Origin: an uncultured Clostridia bacterium
Lineage (GTDB): Bacteria > Bacillota > Clostridia > Oscillospirales > CAG-272
Length of the DNA: 64,000 nucleotides
Direction of reading: 5' to 3'
Assembly: GCA_944381075.1 (NCBI GenBank)
Contig: CALWJT010000016.1
Span: forward strand, 4,155 to 68,154
Part shown: positions 61,846 through 64,000 of the stretch, piece by piece
Position numbering within the stretch: position 1 is the stretch's first letter
Layout: each line of letters begins with the position of its first letter
Position numbers and translations under genes: made by a program
Notes under the pieces: model-generated
What the model was told of the DNA's origin: nothing
The model's database searches: none
What the model saw: the letters and a program-made list of their open reading frames with translations, nothing else

Positions 61846-62937
61846 ATGGCGACCGTCAGCTTATGTATGATCGTTAAAAATGAAGAGGCAGTCCTCGCCA
61901 GATGCCTTGACAGCATCCGGGACGGCGTCGACGAGATCATCATCGTCGATACGGGAAGCACCGACAGGACCAAAGAGATCGCCGCCCGCTACACCGACCG
62001 CATATACGATTTTGAATGGAACTTCGATTTTTCCGCCGCACGCAACTTCTCCTTTTCCAAGGCCACGATGGACTTTGCCATGTGGCTGGACGCGGACGAC
62101 GTTTTTACGGAAGAAAATTTTGCAGCCTTTCTCCAGCTGAAGCGGACGATCCCCGACACGGTGGATGCCGTTATGATGCGCTACAATACGGCGTTCGACG
62201 AAAACGGGAAGCCGGTCTTTTCCTACTACAGAGAGCGAATGGTCCGCACAAGCGCTCCCTATGAATGGAAAGGCAGGGTCCACGAGGCCATCGTCCATTC
62301 CGGACGCTCCATGTATTCCGAAGCTGCGGTGAATCATAAATCGATCAAAACCGTTTACAGTGACCGCAATTTGAAAATTTACGAGAAGCAGGCGCAGGAC
62401 GGCGAACCCTTCACCCCTCGGGACACCTTTTATTATGCAAGAGAGCTTTACTATCACAAGCAGTTTGATCGAGCCATCGAAATGCTGAAAGGATTTCTTT
62501 CCGACGGACGCGGCTGGGTGGAAAACAACATTGAAGCGTGTAAAATTTTATCCTATTGCTACAGAGAAAAAGGGAATTTTTCAGAGGCCATCACCGCGCT
62601 TTCTGCCGCTTTCCGGTATGATATGCCGCGTGCGGAGATCTGCTGCGAAATCGGAGGCCTTTGGATGCGCATGCAGAATTATCGTACTGCCGCCTTCTGG
62701 TACGAGCTTGCCCGCGCCGTTCCCCGCAACGACAAAAGCGGCGCTTTCGTCTCGGAGGACGCTCACGGCTACCTGCCATGTATCCAGCTCTGTGTCTGCT
62801 ACGATAAGCTGGGCAACCATGCAAAAGCGGAAGAATACAACCGCATGGCGGGCACCTTCCGCCCGAATTCCCCTGCTTACCGATATAACCTGGAATATTT
62901 TAAACGGCTTTCCCCTCACTCTCCTGAGCCATCATGA
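61846..62937 (+). CDS. Family 2 glycosyltransferase with TPR C-terminus
   Basis: SLCMIVKNEE, VDTGSTD, FSAARN, WLDADD, VHE. Confidence 0.93.
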   Translation: MATVSLCMIVKNEEAVLARCLDSIRDGVDEIIIVDTGSTDRTKEIAARYTDRIYDFEWNFDFSAARNFSFSKATMDFAMWLDADDVFTEENFAAFLQLKRTIPDTVDAVMMRYNTAFDENGKPVFSYYRERMVRTSAPYEWKGRVHEAIVHSGRSMYSEAAVNHKSIKTVYSDRNLKIYEKQAQDGEPFTPRDTFYYARELYYHKQFDRAIEMLKGFLSDGRGWVENNIEACKILSYCYREKGNFSEAITALSAAFRYDMPRAEICCEIGGLWMRMQNYRTAAFWYELARAVPRNDKSGAFVSEDAHGYLPCIQLCVCYDKLGNHAKAEEYNRMAGTFRPNSPAYRYNLEYFKRLSPHSPEPS

Positions 62938-62999
62938 ATATATTACAATGAGACAGTTTCCTTCGAGACTGCCTCATAATGAAAAACATTAAGGAGTGT

Positions 63000-64000
<1,001 letters not shown>

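Overview
Chromosomal window of a spore-forming Clostridia-type (Bacillota) bacterium, based on spoIVA, PFOR/nifJ, a BclA-like collagen with a GT2, and sigma-A promoters. There are two accessory regions. (1) 1-~8.6 kb is the end of a defence island: a Fic remnant, an Mrr nuclease broken by one in-frame TGA and an intact type I R-M system. It is followed by three related ~100-nt structured minus-strand RNA units, each with its own TTGCAA-17-TATA(C/A)T promoter, facing a consensus plus-strand promoter. (2) ~27.46-43.35 kb is a decaying composite island at the 3' end of a eukaryote-type guaA. It holds an AT-rich RiPP cluster (unannotated 40-aa 7-Cys precursor, radical SAM/SPASM enzyme, ABC exporter, HPr-kinase-like protein, nucleotidyltransferase, ACP, an FkbH remnant fused to a second SPASM tail, and a second small peptide). 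It also holds a mobilisable element (MobC, relaxase, TnpW-like protein, large serine recombinase) carrying fragments of a YonO/RdRP-like single-subunit RNA polymerase, next to the remnant of a tyrosine integrase. The rest is core genome: tRNA-Glu, DNA-repair genes, an ABC exporter, a DeoR-linked 2-oxoacid dehydrogenase complex, an acyl ligase plus ACP, and peptidases. All family assignments come from motif recognition by eye; no database search was run.
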